Source of the DNA: a virus
Lineage: Duplodnaviria; Caudoviricetes
Length of the DNA stretch: 52,802 bases
IMG/VR virus record: IMGVR_UViG_3300011114_000970
Span: 1-52,802 of that record
Direction: 5' to 3' (one strand)
The notes under the pieces are model-generated. The model saw only the letters and a list, made by a program, of their open reading frames with translations. It did not search any database and was not told the origin of the DNA. Shown here one piece after another: positions 27,727-36,800 of the stretch (positions are counted from its first letter, which is position 1; every line of letters starts with the position of its first letter). Made by a program: the position numbers and the translations under genes.

Positions 27727-29811
27727 ATGAAAATTATAAAATTCGAAAGACAAACAAAAGAGCTGCATCTGCCTGACGATATGTTAGCAGAAAAACGCTG
27801 GTTAGTTTGGAGAGAAGAGGATGGGCGCAAAGTCCCGTACTACCCAACGACGCATCGGCGGCGTAGCGGAACTATGGAAACTGCGCAGGATTTAGCAGCG
27901 ATGGGGAGCCACGCTGACGCAATGGATTCTTTACGTAACCACGTACCTCATTACACAGGTTTGGGTTATGCAATTACGAGTGGTAATATTCTTATTGACT
28001 TGGACGACGTACTCGGAGAAAGCGGCAAGTTCATAGACAAATGGGCAGAGCTATTTGTTTACAAGGCTGTAGCTGCTGGAGCATTTGTGGAAGTTTCTCA
28101 ATCTGGTACGGGAATTCACGTCATTGGGCGTGGCCATGCGAGGAAAGCAGGGTCAAAAAATATCAATATCGAAGTCTATCCTGATAAGCGCTTTGTCGCC
28201 ATCACTGGTGAATTGTTACCCAATGCAGATTGCCCTGACGACTTAACGGACGTTTCTGAATTCGCTGAAGAAGCTTTATTAGAGTATCAAAAGCGTTGCG
28301 AAGAAAAAGGATTGAATTCTTTATCTTCTGCATTAGCTTCAGAAGACGAAATCGCCTACCTCAAGGGTCAAGTCGAAGGTGACGTTCTTACGCAGATCCG
28401 TACATTGTTAGGTGTTTTTTCTCCTGACGAACGCGACCAGTGGTTTAAGGTTGGATTAGCATTGGGCAGGTCATACCCCAACGACCAGATGGTATTCGAA
28501 GAGTATGCAAAGTGGTCACGTGCTTCACCAAACTACTCAGCGCCAAGAGATGAAAAGACCATGCAAGATCTTTTCTTCCGTCAAGCATTGCAACCAACAA
28601 AGTCGAAATATACCCTCGACACCATGATAATGCAAGCGCAACAAGTCGGCGTACAGCTGAAACTTTTTGCGCAAGCGTTTGACGATTTACCCCTCAGTGA
28701 AGAAGAAGTAAAAATAAAGCGCATGTTCGGCTGGGAAAATAATAAGCACGACGCTAATCATCTTTTTTTGCATCCCCCACCGCCAATGGAATTCATCATT
28801 GAAGATATTCTACCAAAACACCGCACGACCTTTGCAGCTCCAGGAGGAACAGGTAAGACTCAGCTGACTCTTTGGATGGCTCTACACGTGGCAGCAGGGA
28901 GAAAGTTGTTCGGTCGTTACGAAGTCAAACGTCCTGGAAAAGTCCTCGTAATGAATGCCGAAGACCCAAAGCAACAACTGCAACGTAGGTTGATAACCCT
29001 TGCCAACAGTATGGAATGGGACAGCGAAGCAGAGAAATATGCAGCGTTTGAGAATGTAGCATTCGTAGATTTCGAAACTGACACCATCGCACTTTCTGCG
29101 CAGGTGCAAAGAACGAATCATTACGATATAACTAAGACAGTGCAAGAGATAATTAAATCTTACAAAGAAACAGGTCTGTCTTGGGTTATTTTTGACCCGA
29201 TGACGCTTTTCGGCTTTGACGAGGCAGGCGGCAATGACTCTGCTTCCGCAATGATGAAAGCGTCAGGAATTCTTGCTGATCAGTTGAACTGCGCAGTCAC
29301 TTATGTAACCCACACCACCAAAGCAGGCGCAAGAGCTGGCGAAGCAGACATGCATACAACTCGAGGTGCGGCGGCTTTTGGAGATTTGACGAGGGCGCAT
29401 TGGAATCTTATCAATCACAGACCTTATGATCCGCTTTCCAGAACTCGATACTTGCAACTTTCATTCGACAAAGCATCCTACGCACCGCCGCAATCGAGCG
29501 TATTTCTTATGTCTGTGGAGAACAATCGGTTCATCAGTTATGACCCTGAAGACAGCAATGAAGGATTCGAAGATGAACTTTGGGAAGGCATAAAACGTGC
29601 AATCGTCACGCTCCGTAAAAACGGCGAGGGGTGTTCTGTGGAGACAGTTTCTACGTATGGTTATGAAATCCAGAACCAAAGTGTCGGCAAAACAAGAGTC
29701 AAACCGAAGATTAGGGAGTGGTTGGAAGCAGGGAGATTAGAAACTTTTACAGAAGGCAAACGCAAGCAACAACTGCGAGTTAATAAACAATGGGAAGAGG
29801 AGAATTTTTAA
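27727..29811 (+). CDS. Primase-helicase (AEP prim-pol + PriCT-2 + RepA/AAA_25 helicase)
   Basis: KVPY, IDLDD, EVSQSGTGIH, RFVAITG; QWFKVGLAL..WSR; Walker A APGGTGKT, Walker B VIFDP. Confidence 0.9.
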   Translation: MKIIKFERQTKELHLPDDMLAEKRWLVWREEDGRKVPYYPTTHRRRSGTMETAQDLAAMGSHADAMDSLRNHVPHYTGLGYAITSGNILIDLDDVLGESGKFIDKWAELFVYKAVAAGAFVEVSQSGTGIHVIGRGHARKAGSKNINIEVYPDKRFVAITGELLPNADCPDDLTDVSEFAEEALLEYQKRCEEKGLNSLSSALASEDEIAYLKGQVEGDVLTQIRTLLGVFSPDERDQWFKVGLALGRSYPNDQMVFEEYAKWSRASPNYSAPRDEKTMQDLFFRQALQPTKSKYTLDTMIMQAQQVGVQLKLFAQAFDDLPLSEEEVKIKRMFGWENNKHDANHLFLHPPPPMEFIIEDILPKHRTTFAAPGGTGKTQLTLWMALHVAAGRKLFGRYEVKRPGKVLVMNAEDPKQQLQRRLITLANSMEWDSEAEKYAAFENVAFVDFETDTIALSAQVQRTNHYDITKTVQEIIKSYKETGLSWVIFDPMTLFGFDEAGGNDSASAMMKASGILADQLNCAVTYVTHTTKAGARAGEADMHTTRGAAAFGDLTRAHWNLINHRPYDPLSRTRYLQLSFDKASYAPPQSSVFLMSVENNRFISYDPEDSNEGFEDELWEGIKRAIVTLRKNGEGCSVETVSTYGYEIQNQSVGKTRVKPKIREWLEAGRLETFTEGKRKQQLRVNKQWEEENF

Positions 29812-30036
29812 ATGAATAAAAATGATAAAGGTCTTATGAAGCAGATGATCGAAGCTGGAAGATTTAATTACGGGATTTATGAATTGCTCGTCGAACAAAA
29901 TGCAGAAAATGCAAAACAAGCAGTCAAAAGGATGGGAGATAAATGGTGCTGTCACCCGAGTAATCAGGTTAAGCGCTTAGAAATACCATTGCCAATTTTG
30001 TCTGATGCAAAGATAAAGGTGCTAAAAAAGAAATGA
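29812..30036 (+). CDS. Hypothetical protein
   Basis: Abuts the primase stop; MGDKWCCHPSNQV. Confidence 0.65.
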   Translation: MNKNDKGLMKQMIEAGRFNYGIYELLVEQNAENAKQAVKRMGDKWCCHPSNQVKRLEIPLPILSDAKIKVLKKK

Positions 30037-30197
30037 GGCTGAGAATAAGAAGGGAGAAAAATCGTTTAGCGACGCAACGCAGAAGCAGTCGATTTATGCG
30101 AGGCATACGCAATCGCTTTGAATCTTTTAAGTTACGTATGGCTTTTGGCAGAAGGGCAGTTATTCATTGGTGGGATAAAAAACGAGGAAAGGATTAG
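30033..30197 (+). CDS. Small Arg-rich hypothetical protein
   Basis: ATGA-coupled 54-aa frame filling the gap. Confidence 0.4.
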   Translation: MRLRIRREKNRLATQRRSSRFMRGIRNRFESFKLRMAFGRRAVIHWWDKKRGKD

Positions 30198-30198
30198 C

Positions 30199-30408
30199 AT
30201 GACCACTTTTACTACAGAGGATAGGATTGCATCAGCGGCTGGACCAGACGTAATCCGTCGAGGGTTTACTTCACTAACCGCAGCACGAGGATTCCGTCAG
30301 AATTTAAAGAACCCAGAAGCGTATTACATCGTCGAAATTCAAGAGCATTGGCCGAATCCAGGACCAAATCTTGGGTTTTATATTATTAATAAAAAGGAGG
30401 AATTATGA
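30199..30408 (+). CDS. Hypothetical protein (MTTFTTEDR start)
   Basis: AAGGA RBS before ATG 30199. Confidence 0.6.
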   Translation: MTTFTTEDRIASAAGPDVIRRGFTSLTAARGFRQNLKNPEAYYIVEIQEHWPNPGPNLGFYIINKKEEL

Positions 30409-30704
30409 AAGATCTAATCGTTGGAACAATTTTATTTTTTGTCGGATTTAGCTTTGGGGTTGTTAATTGCAAAGCACAGACGATCTACTACACAGGGAGT
30501 TATGGGCAACTCATGGGAGTGGCGAACACAATAGGGAATCAAACCTATTATTCAAACAACTATGGGCAACTCATGGGGGTGGCTAGTGTTGCGCCAGCCA
30601 CAGTAACGCAGCCACTTATGCAAAATGAAATCACAAAACCCGCCATGCCGACTTCCCAGAACATTGTGCCACTTATGCCACTTATGCCAATTTATACAAG
30701 ATAG
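30405..30704 (+). CDS. Secreted protein with internal YGQLMGVA repeat
   Basis: Signal peptide; TATGGGCAACTCATGGG occurs twice. Confidence 0.65.
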   Translation: MKDLIVGTILFFVGFSFGVVNCKAQTIYYTGSYGQLMGVANTIGNQTYYSNNYGQLMGVASVAPATVTQPLMQNEITKPAMPTSQNIVPLMPLMPIYTR

Positions 30705-30715
30705 GAGTATTTATT

Positions 30716-31012
30716 ATGAAAAAGTTAATTTTAAGTTCTGCAGTATTTTTGTTAGTCGCTTGTAGTGGTCCAAAAGCTCCAGGAGGTGTTCAGTACAACA
30801 GCAATGCGCCACCCCAAACTTTAATTATTGATCCAGCAGTTCAAGCGTTAAGCCGTCAAGAAACAATCCAAGCTAGCCATGAGTGTTTAGCAGGTGGAAT
30901 GCAACCACTAATTATCTACGGCAAGCGTCGGATTGGTAACTCAGCAATGGCGACTGATATTCCTGTGGAAGTTTTGTGTACAACAAAGTGGGATCTTATA
31001 AAGAGGATGTAA
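30716..31012 (+). CDS. Lipoprotein
   Basis: MKKLILSSAVFLLVA-C lipobox; AGGAG RBS. Confidence 0.75.
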   Translation: MKKLILSSAVFLLVACSGPKAPGGVQYNSNAPPQTLIIDPAVQALSRQETIQASHECLAGGMQPLIIYGKRRIGNSAMATDIPVEVLCTTKWDLIKRM

Positions 31013-31085
31013 TGACAGCATTTGAAGATCAGGTTATTAAGCTGCTTAAAAAGATTTTGGCAATACTAAGAAAGGCACAGGAGAA

Positions 31086-31241
31086 ATGATTGAAGAAGAT
31101 AAAAACCATCTAAGAGATCTGTTTGCTGCTTTGGCTATGCACTCCTTAGTTGGGAAGAGTAAAACACTCCCTAGTGCTGAATTAGCTGCTAAGGCTTATG
31201 AATTGGCAGACTGTATGATTAGAGCTAAAAGTGAATACTGA
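31086..31241 (+). CDS. Small conserved phage protein
   Basis: LRDLFAALAM...AYELADCM pattern; AGGAG RBS. Confidence 0.65.
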   Translation: MIEEDKNHLRDLFAALAMHSLVGKSKTLPSAELAAKAYELADCMIRAKSEY

Positions 31242-31317
31242 AAGAATCTTTTTTGCAATGGGGCTACTTTTGTTCATTGCCGTGTGCTTGATCGTCCGAG
31301 AGTACTGCGGGATATGA

Positions 31318-31675
31318 CTGGCGGAACATCGGCGGAACTCAGGCGGAACTCGAAACCATACAGGGCATGGGTTAGCGGATATGTTCCGCCACACTCCGCT
31401 TTTTGTTTTATCAGCATGGGAATCAAGCGTAGGGGGTGGGAGAGGAGCGTAAGCGAACTCCTCTCCCCCCGAGTTCCGCCAGTGTCCTCTTCTCTTAGGG
31501 GGTCGGCGGAGCGGCGGATCAAGTGTTTTGACCATACAGGATATGGGATTATGTTCCGCCAGTGGGGTCAAAAAATGGGGAGTGTGCTGGCGGATCTTAA
31601 CCCCACGAAATGTATGGGTGTCGTTTTTTGCGAAAATTTGTCCCTTGTATCCATTGGGCTCGAGTTCCGCCAGCT
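31318..31675. repeat. GC-rich non-coding region with direct and inverted GGCGGAAC repeats; putative replication origin
   Basis: GGCGGAAC at 31320, 31331, 31342; GTTCCGCC at 31383, 31473, 31553, 31664; GGCGGA variants at 31505, 31513, 31589; hairpin 31438-31467. Confidence 0.7.
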
Positions 31676-31767
31676 GATGAGGTGTGTGCGGGGTATGGGA
31701 TGTAGGTGAGGCTTTTTATTTTTTTATTTTAGAGAGAGAATTCATATTTGACAAAAAGGAGAAAAAT

Positions 31768-31944
31768 ATGAATGTTTCGAAAACAAAAAATAAAGTTCTG
31801 GTTAATGGAGTTAAATATCATAGCGTGTGTGAGGCTTTTTTGAAACTTGAATTGCCTTTAGCAAAGCACCAATTGTTTAGGAAAAAATTAAAAATTGAGA
31901 AAAAAGCGACATATGCAGGCTATGAATTTGAAGTGGTTGAGTGA
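31768..31944 (+). CDS. Small basic protein, NUMOD1-like DNA-binding motif
   Basis: AAGGAG RBS; VLVNGVKYHSVCEAFLKL. Confidence 0.55.
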   Translation: MNVSKTKNKVLVNGVKYHSVCEAFLKLELPLAKHQLFRKKLKIEKKATYAGYEFEVVE

Positions 31945-31962
31945 ACAACTTTTGTGGGGGGA

Positions 31963-31991
31963 TTTTCTTTTCTTAAATTCCAAGGCATAAT
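31963..31991 (+). promoter_or_regulatory. Putative promoter of the packaging/head operon
   Basis: TTTTCT-17 nt-CATAAT, same architecture as 23977-24005. Confidence 0.55.
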
Positions 31992-32023
31992 TCATTTATT
32001 CCAACTTTTTTTTGGACCAAATA

Positions 32024-32443
32024 ATGGAGACATCAACAGTTGTAACAGCACCTAAACGCAGGGGCGGGAGGGTGAAAGGTGGGACAGCAGTCAAGCGAGA
32101 CATGCGTGAGCGCTTACTCGGACGACTCGACATGATGACTGTGACACCTTTGGAGGTGATGTATTTGACCATGAAAGATTTTTGGGACAAGGACGAAAAG
32201 ATTGCAGCTTGCGCAATTGCTCGAGACTTAGCGCCTTACATTCATCCAAAGCTAACAGCGATTCAACAACAGATTATAACAGATGACTCGAAAAAAGTGG
32301 CGGATGAGCGCTCCTTTGATAAAATTTTGAATGCATTGGAGCTTGGTGTAGAAATGCGCAAAGATTTGGCGGCTGGTCGAACTTCCAAGGTTATTGCTGA
32401 GCAAACAACAATAATTGAAACAATCGATGACGCTCCTGATTAA
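32024..32443 (+). CDS. terS: Terminase small subunit
   Basis: RGGRVKG, TPLEVM, ARDLAPYIHPKL; directly upstream of terL. Confidence 0.8.
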   Translation: METSTVVTAPKRRGGRVKGGTAVKRDMRERLLGRLDMMTVTPLEVMYLTMKDFWDKDEKIAACAIARDLAPYIHPKLTAIQQQIITDDSKKVADERSFDKILNALELGVEMRKDLAAGRTSKVIAEQTTIIETIDDAPD

Positions 32444-33842
32444 TGAAATAAAATTAGCGCAGGAAAATTTTCCCCTATTGAGCGATGAAAAGCAGGCTGC
32501 ATTCCTTGCACGAGTGGCTTGGCTCAGTACTGCAAAAGCGCATCAATTACCACCCAAAGATGAATGGTGGTCGATTTGGTTATTGCTCGCTGGACGTGGT
32601 GCAGGGAAAACCCGTGCAGCTGCAGAGTGGACTTGGTGGGAAGGCTGGAAGAACGAAGGCATCCGCTTACTCGTTTCTGCGCCGACTGCGGCTGACATTC
32701 GTGACGTGTGCTTTGAAGGCGACTCGGGGATTATGAATGTTGTGCCGATTGAAATCGTGCAAGACTACAAAAGTTCACTCAATGAACTAACGTTGAAGAA
32801 TGGTTCGATCATAAAGGGCATCCCTGCGTCAGAGCCAACCCGCTTCCGTGGACCCCAATTCCATGGTGGGTGGTTAGATGAGTTGGCTGCTTGGGATTAC
32901 TTAGACGAGTCGTGGGACATGATTCAATTCGGCATGCGACTCGGCCAGCACCCGAAACTTCTTTGCACTTCCACGCCAAAACCCAAGCCGCTGATTGTTG
33001 ATTTGGTCGACAGAGACGGCGAGGATGTGGCGTATACGCAAGCCAGCACGTACGACAATATTGACAATCTTGCTCCAAATTTCAAAAATCAGATCTTGCA
33101 GTATGAAGGTACCAAGATCGGTCGGCAGGAAATCTACGCAGAGATAATCGACCCAGAGGAAAGTGGCATCGTCAAGCGTGACTGGTTCCGCTTATGGGGA
33201 GCTGATAAAACCTTACCGCAGTTTCAGTACATCGTGCAAAGTTACGACTGCGCCACAAGCGACAAGACCAAGAACGACCCGACTGCGTGCACTGTGTGGG
33301 GTGTGTTCAAGCCGAACGAAGATAAAGCCACGTCAGTTATGCTTATTGACTGCTGGACTGAATACTTGCAATACCCAGAGCTTCGCCCACGAGTCGTCGA
33401 GGAATATGATTCAATCTATGGCGATGAGAATGAATTCGGTAATGGCAAAAAAGTCGATATGATCCTCATAGAAGATAAGTCTGCAGGGATTAGTTTGATT
33501 CAGGACTTACAACGTGCGGGTCTGCCTGTGCGCTCTTACAATCCTGGACAAGCAGACAAGATGATGCGTTTGAATATTATTTCCCCCATTATTCAAAAAG
33601 GCAGAGTATACTTGCCTGAGTCGAGTAAAAATGCAGGGTGTGCGAGGGATTGGTGCGAGCCTTTCATCAATCAAATCTGTTCGTTCCCTGAGGTACGGCA
33701 TGATGATTTGGTAGACTCCACGACGCAAGCGTTGCGGATTTTACGAGATCTTGGGTTCTTGGTTATTGATTACATTGAAGACAATAGCGATATGTACGTT
33801 GACGAAACAAAACCTCGTAGAGTAAATCCCTATGCCGTATGA
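32427..33842 (+). CDS. terL: Terminase large subunit
   Basis: AGRGAGKT, FRGPQF..WLDE, QSYDCA, IEDKSAG, HDDLVDSTTQA. Confidence 0.96.
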   Translation: MTLLINEIKLAQENFPLLSDEKQAAFLARVAWLSTAKAHQLPPKDEWWSIWLLLAGRGAGKTRAAAEWTWWEGWKNEGIRLLVSAPTAADIRDVCFEGDSGIMNVVPIEIVQDYKSSLNELTLKNGSIIKGIPASEPTRFRGPQFHGGWLDELAAWDYLDESWDMIQFGMRLGQHPKLLCTSTPKPKPLIVDLVDRDGEDVAYTQASTYDNIDNLAPNFKNQILQYEGTKIGRQEIYAEIIDPEESGIVKRDWFRLWGADKTLPQFQYIVQSYDCATSDKTKNDPTACTVWGVFKPNEDKATSVMLIDCWTEYLQYPELRPRVVEEYDSIYGDENEFGNGKKVDMILIEDKSAGISLIQDLQRAGLPVRSYNPGQADKMMRLNIISPIIQKGRVYLPESSKNAGCARDWCEPFINQICSFPEVRHDDLVDSTTQALRILRDLGFLVIDYIEDNSDMYVDETKPRRVNPYAV

Positions 33843-36800
33843 CGAGTTAGGCAACTACATTTCTGAAAGCGTCGCACTCGACGCAATGCGTTACGAGCTG
33901 GCTAAGAGAGGTAGCATGCCTGTTCGTCCTGGTGGTTCAGACGTTCCTTACGTTGCATCAGAAGTCCCGCAACATTACGTAGCTCAACCCCCACCACGTC
34001 CAAGTAGCACCGCTACAAACATTCCGCAAGCGCTGGCTGACCGACTCGGACTGAGCGCTATTCCGCAAGCTGCCTTGGCGATGGCTTCTGGCTTCCCAGC
34101 TGCAGTCGCAAAAAGCATGGGCTATGAAGGTGCAGGTCAGGCGATGCAATATGAGCCGACTTCGCTCGGTGGTAAGGAAATTGCGGAAGGTGTAGCGAGG
34201 TTGCCTGAAAAAATCACAGGCTCAACGATGGGTTTCGGCGCAGTTCCTGAGCTTTGGAACATGAGGGCAAGAGGCATCACCCCTAACGACGTGCGTGTCA
34301 TGGGAGCCAACATGCGACGCATCGGCAATGAGATTGTGGAAATTCCCCCAGACTTCCGTAATGCGCAATCAGGAGGACCAAAACGGCAAAATGCATTCGG
34401 CGAGCCAACTCTCGGCGTCAAGGCTGAAGCGGTCGCTTCCGACATCGGTGATGTGCTGGCTCGGCGCTCAGCAGCTGGCAAAAGCACTGTGCCGTATGTT
34501 AGCGACTTTCTGCCTGAAACAAATATGTACGCAGTGCGTAACACTGGCGAAGGTCAATTGTTAACACCCATAGATCTTCCTGGGGTGAATACTCGTGACC
34601 TCACGAACTATGGGCAGATGTCTCAAGTGAATGAAAGCGCACTCAGGTTCAATGCACAAACATTCCGTGATCAACCGATCGAGCAGTTCAACCGCTACAT
34701 GGATGAGTTCATCAATCCTGAATCTGTGCCAGACCCAATCCGTAAAGGCTGGTCGAAATATTTTGCAGAGCGGGTGCAAGGGCTGTTCCCCACAGCAACA
34801 GAAAAAAGTGAATCGAACGAAGCATGGTCACAGCTCATCCCTCCTGAGGAAAAGAACAAGTATAAGATGCAGTTCCTTGAGGATTTTGTCGCTAAACCAG
34901 AGAACAAAGAGATCGCCAAAGCATCTGGTAAAGACTTACCTTCTGTCGGAGAATACAAAGCTCGAGTTGAAGCAGCTGATAAGTGGCTCAAGGGTCCATT
35001 TACAAATTACGTGCAGAAGTTCGTAGGCACAAAGGAAGACCCGCTGCTCCAATTAGCTGAGAAAGGTTTGACACCTTCCTCGCCTGAGATGCTGCTGCAA
35101 GAAATTGAACATGACTTCTCATCGAGTAGGCGCAGCGCTCTTGAAACTCGTCGCACTCAAGCTGGCTTCCCTGAAAAAGGATTGTATTCTGAAAAAGTAA
35201 CAGCTGCTGAATGGAAACTCGACAGTGCAAAAGGTCAAGAGCGTGAATTGTCGACGCAACAAAACGCTATTGCTCGCCGACTCAACGAAACAAATCCAGG
35301 AGAAGATCCCGCTGTTCTCTCGCCTGAGTTCGCTCGACTGTCCAACCAAGTCACCGCAAAGGTGAATGAAGTTGAAAAGCTAGAAAAGCAACTTGAGAAT
35401 TTACAACTAGCTTCTGCTTATGAAACAATGTCAGATTACTCCATCATGCCGACAACCGCTGGCGAGCTAAAAGGGGAAATGACGTTTGTGGAGTCTCAAC
35501 TGTTCCCGAAATTAGCCAAGACACCTGACGAAGCAAAAATGATTGATCTCTCTCGTACAGGTACGTCGGGCGCTGGAATTGAAGAGGCTGCTAGGGAATA
35601 CGTCCATGACATCATAACAGGTGCGCTACCCATCAATCAAATTAGCAACATGTCGTTTGAAAAGCACGTGGGTCAGAAAGCTGGCGTCCGTGCGCAAGTA
35701 CAAGAAGCTAAGAGAATCGCTGCGAAGGAAAAGATCAATAAGCTAAATGCTTATTCGCAGGAGCGGGTGAATAGCACGCCAGAGTATCTCCGATTCGGTA
35801 ATGCGAATGTTGTGGAGTTTAATAAGACAACTCCGCTGGAAGAAATACGTAGGGGGTTGTCCTTTGAAACAGAAATGTTAGACCACTGCATAGGTTCAGG
35901 CGGAGGTGGTGCAGGGCGTAAGCACTTTATCACTGGTGAAAACCGTGGTCATACTCCTATCATCGACCCAATCACTGGCGAAATTCCAACAGGTTCATCA
36001 GGGAATGACAGAGGTTACGTGGACAGCGTACGTAAAGGCTCGACTCAAATTGCTTCAGTCCGTGACGCAACGACAGGTTACCCAGCGGTGACGATTGAAT
36101 TCAAGAAAAAAAGTGACAATAAATTTGACTTAGGCTACGTCTCGGGTTATAAAAACAAAACCCCAGAATCTATTTATCGCAATGCCACAAGGGATTACCT
36201 AAACAGCCGAGCAGATGAGATTCAAGGTACAGGTTCAGAGTTGACTGGCTATGATCTTTATGATCAGAAGAATTTAACCAATAGAACATTAGCGAGAATG
36301 ACCGACAAAACAGAGCATGAAGTTTCAATGACTCAGCTTGCCGAACTTCCTCGCTTTTTGACGATGAGCGATTTGAAGCAAGCAGTCAACGGCGAGATTG
36401 TAGACATTCCACCTTTGCCAGCTCGCCCAAGTCGTGAAATGTTGCCAGCTGTCATACCTGATCAACAGATTCGTGAATATCGTAGTTGGATAAATGATCG
36501 TTACCCAGACCTCCAAGATCGAATCAATCAAGTCACAGAAGATCTATCTGATATTGACAATGGACGAGTCACTGCGAGTCAATTTGGCTTAGAAGAAGAT
36601 CAAGTCGAAGCGTTCTACAATGCATTGGCGAATGAGCGCAGAGCATTGAGCGAGCAAAGCCGTGCTGAACGACTAGCCCAAGGTCGTGAGATGGGTAACA
36701 ATGATTTAGAAACAACACTCAACGACCCTATTCAAGCAGACTTAGACCAAGCCTATAATATTGTTAGTGAATCGGTTCGTATTCGTCATCCAAGTATAGT

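Noticed and set aside
31318-31675. Possible CRISPR or mini-array
   Set aside because: Repeats are only 8-12 bp, in both orientations and irregularly spaced
31182-31709. Three overlapping tracked ORFs (129, 82 and 141 aa)
   Set aside because: They cross the repeat array, lack RBSs and have atypical composition; better explained as non-coding
15721-33842. Inteins or introns in DnaE, helicases or terminase
   Set aside because: Proteins are normal or short in length with no evident intein splice motifs or interruptions
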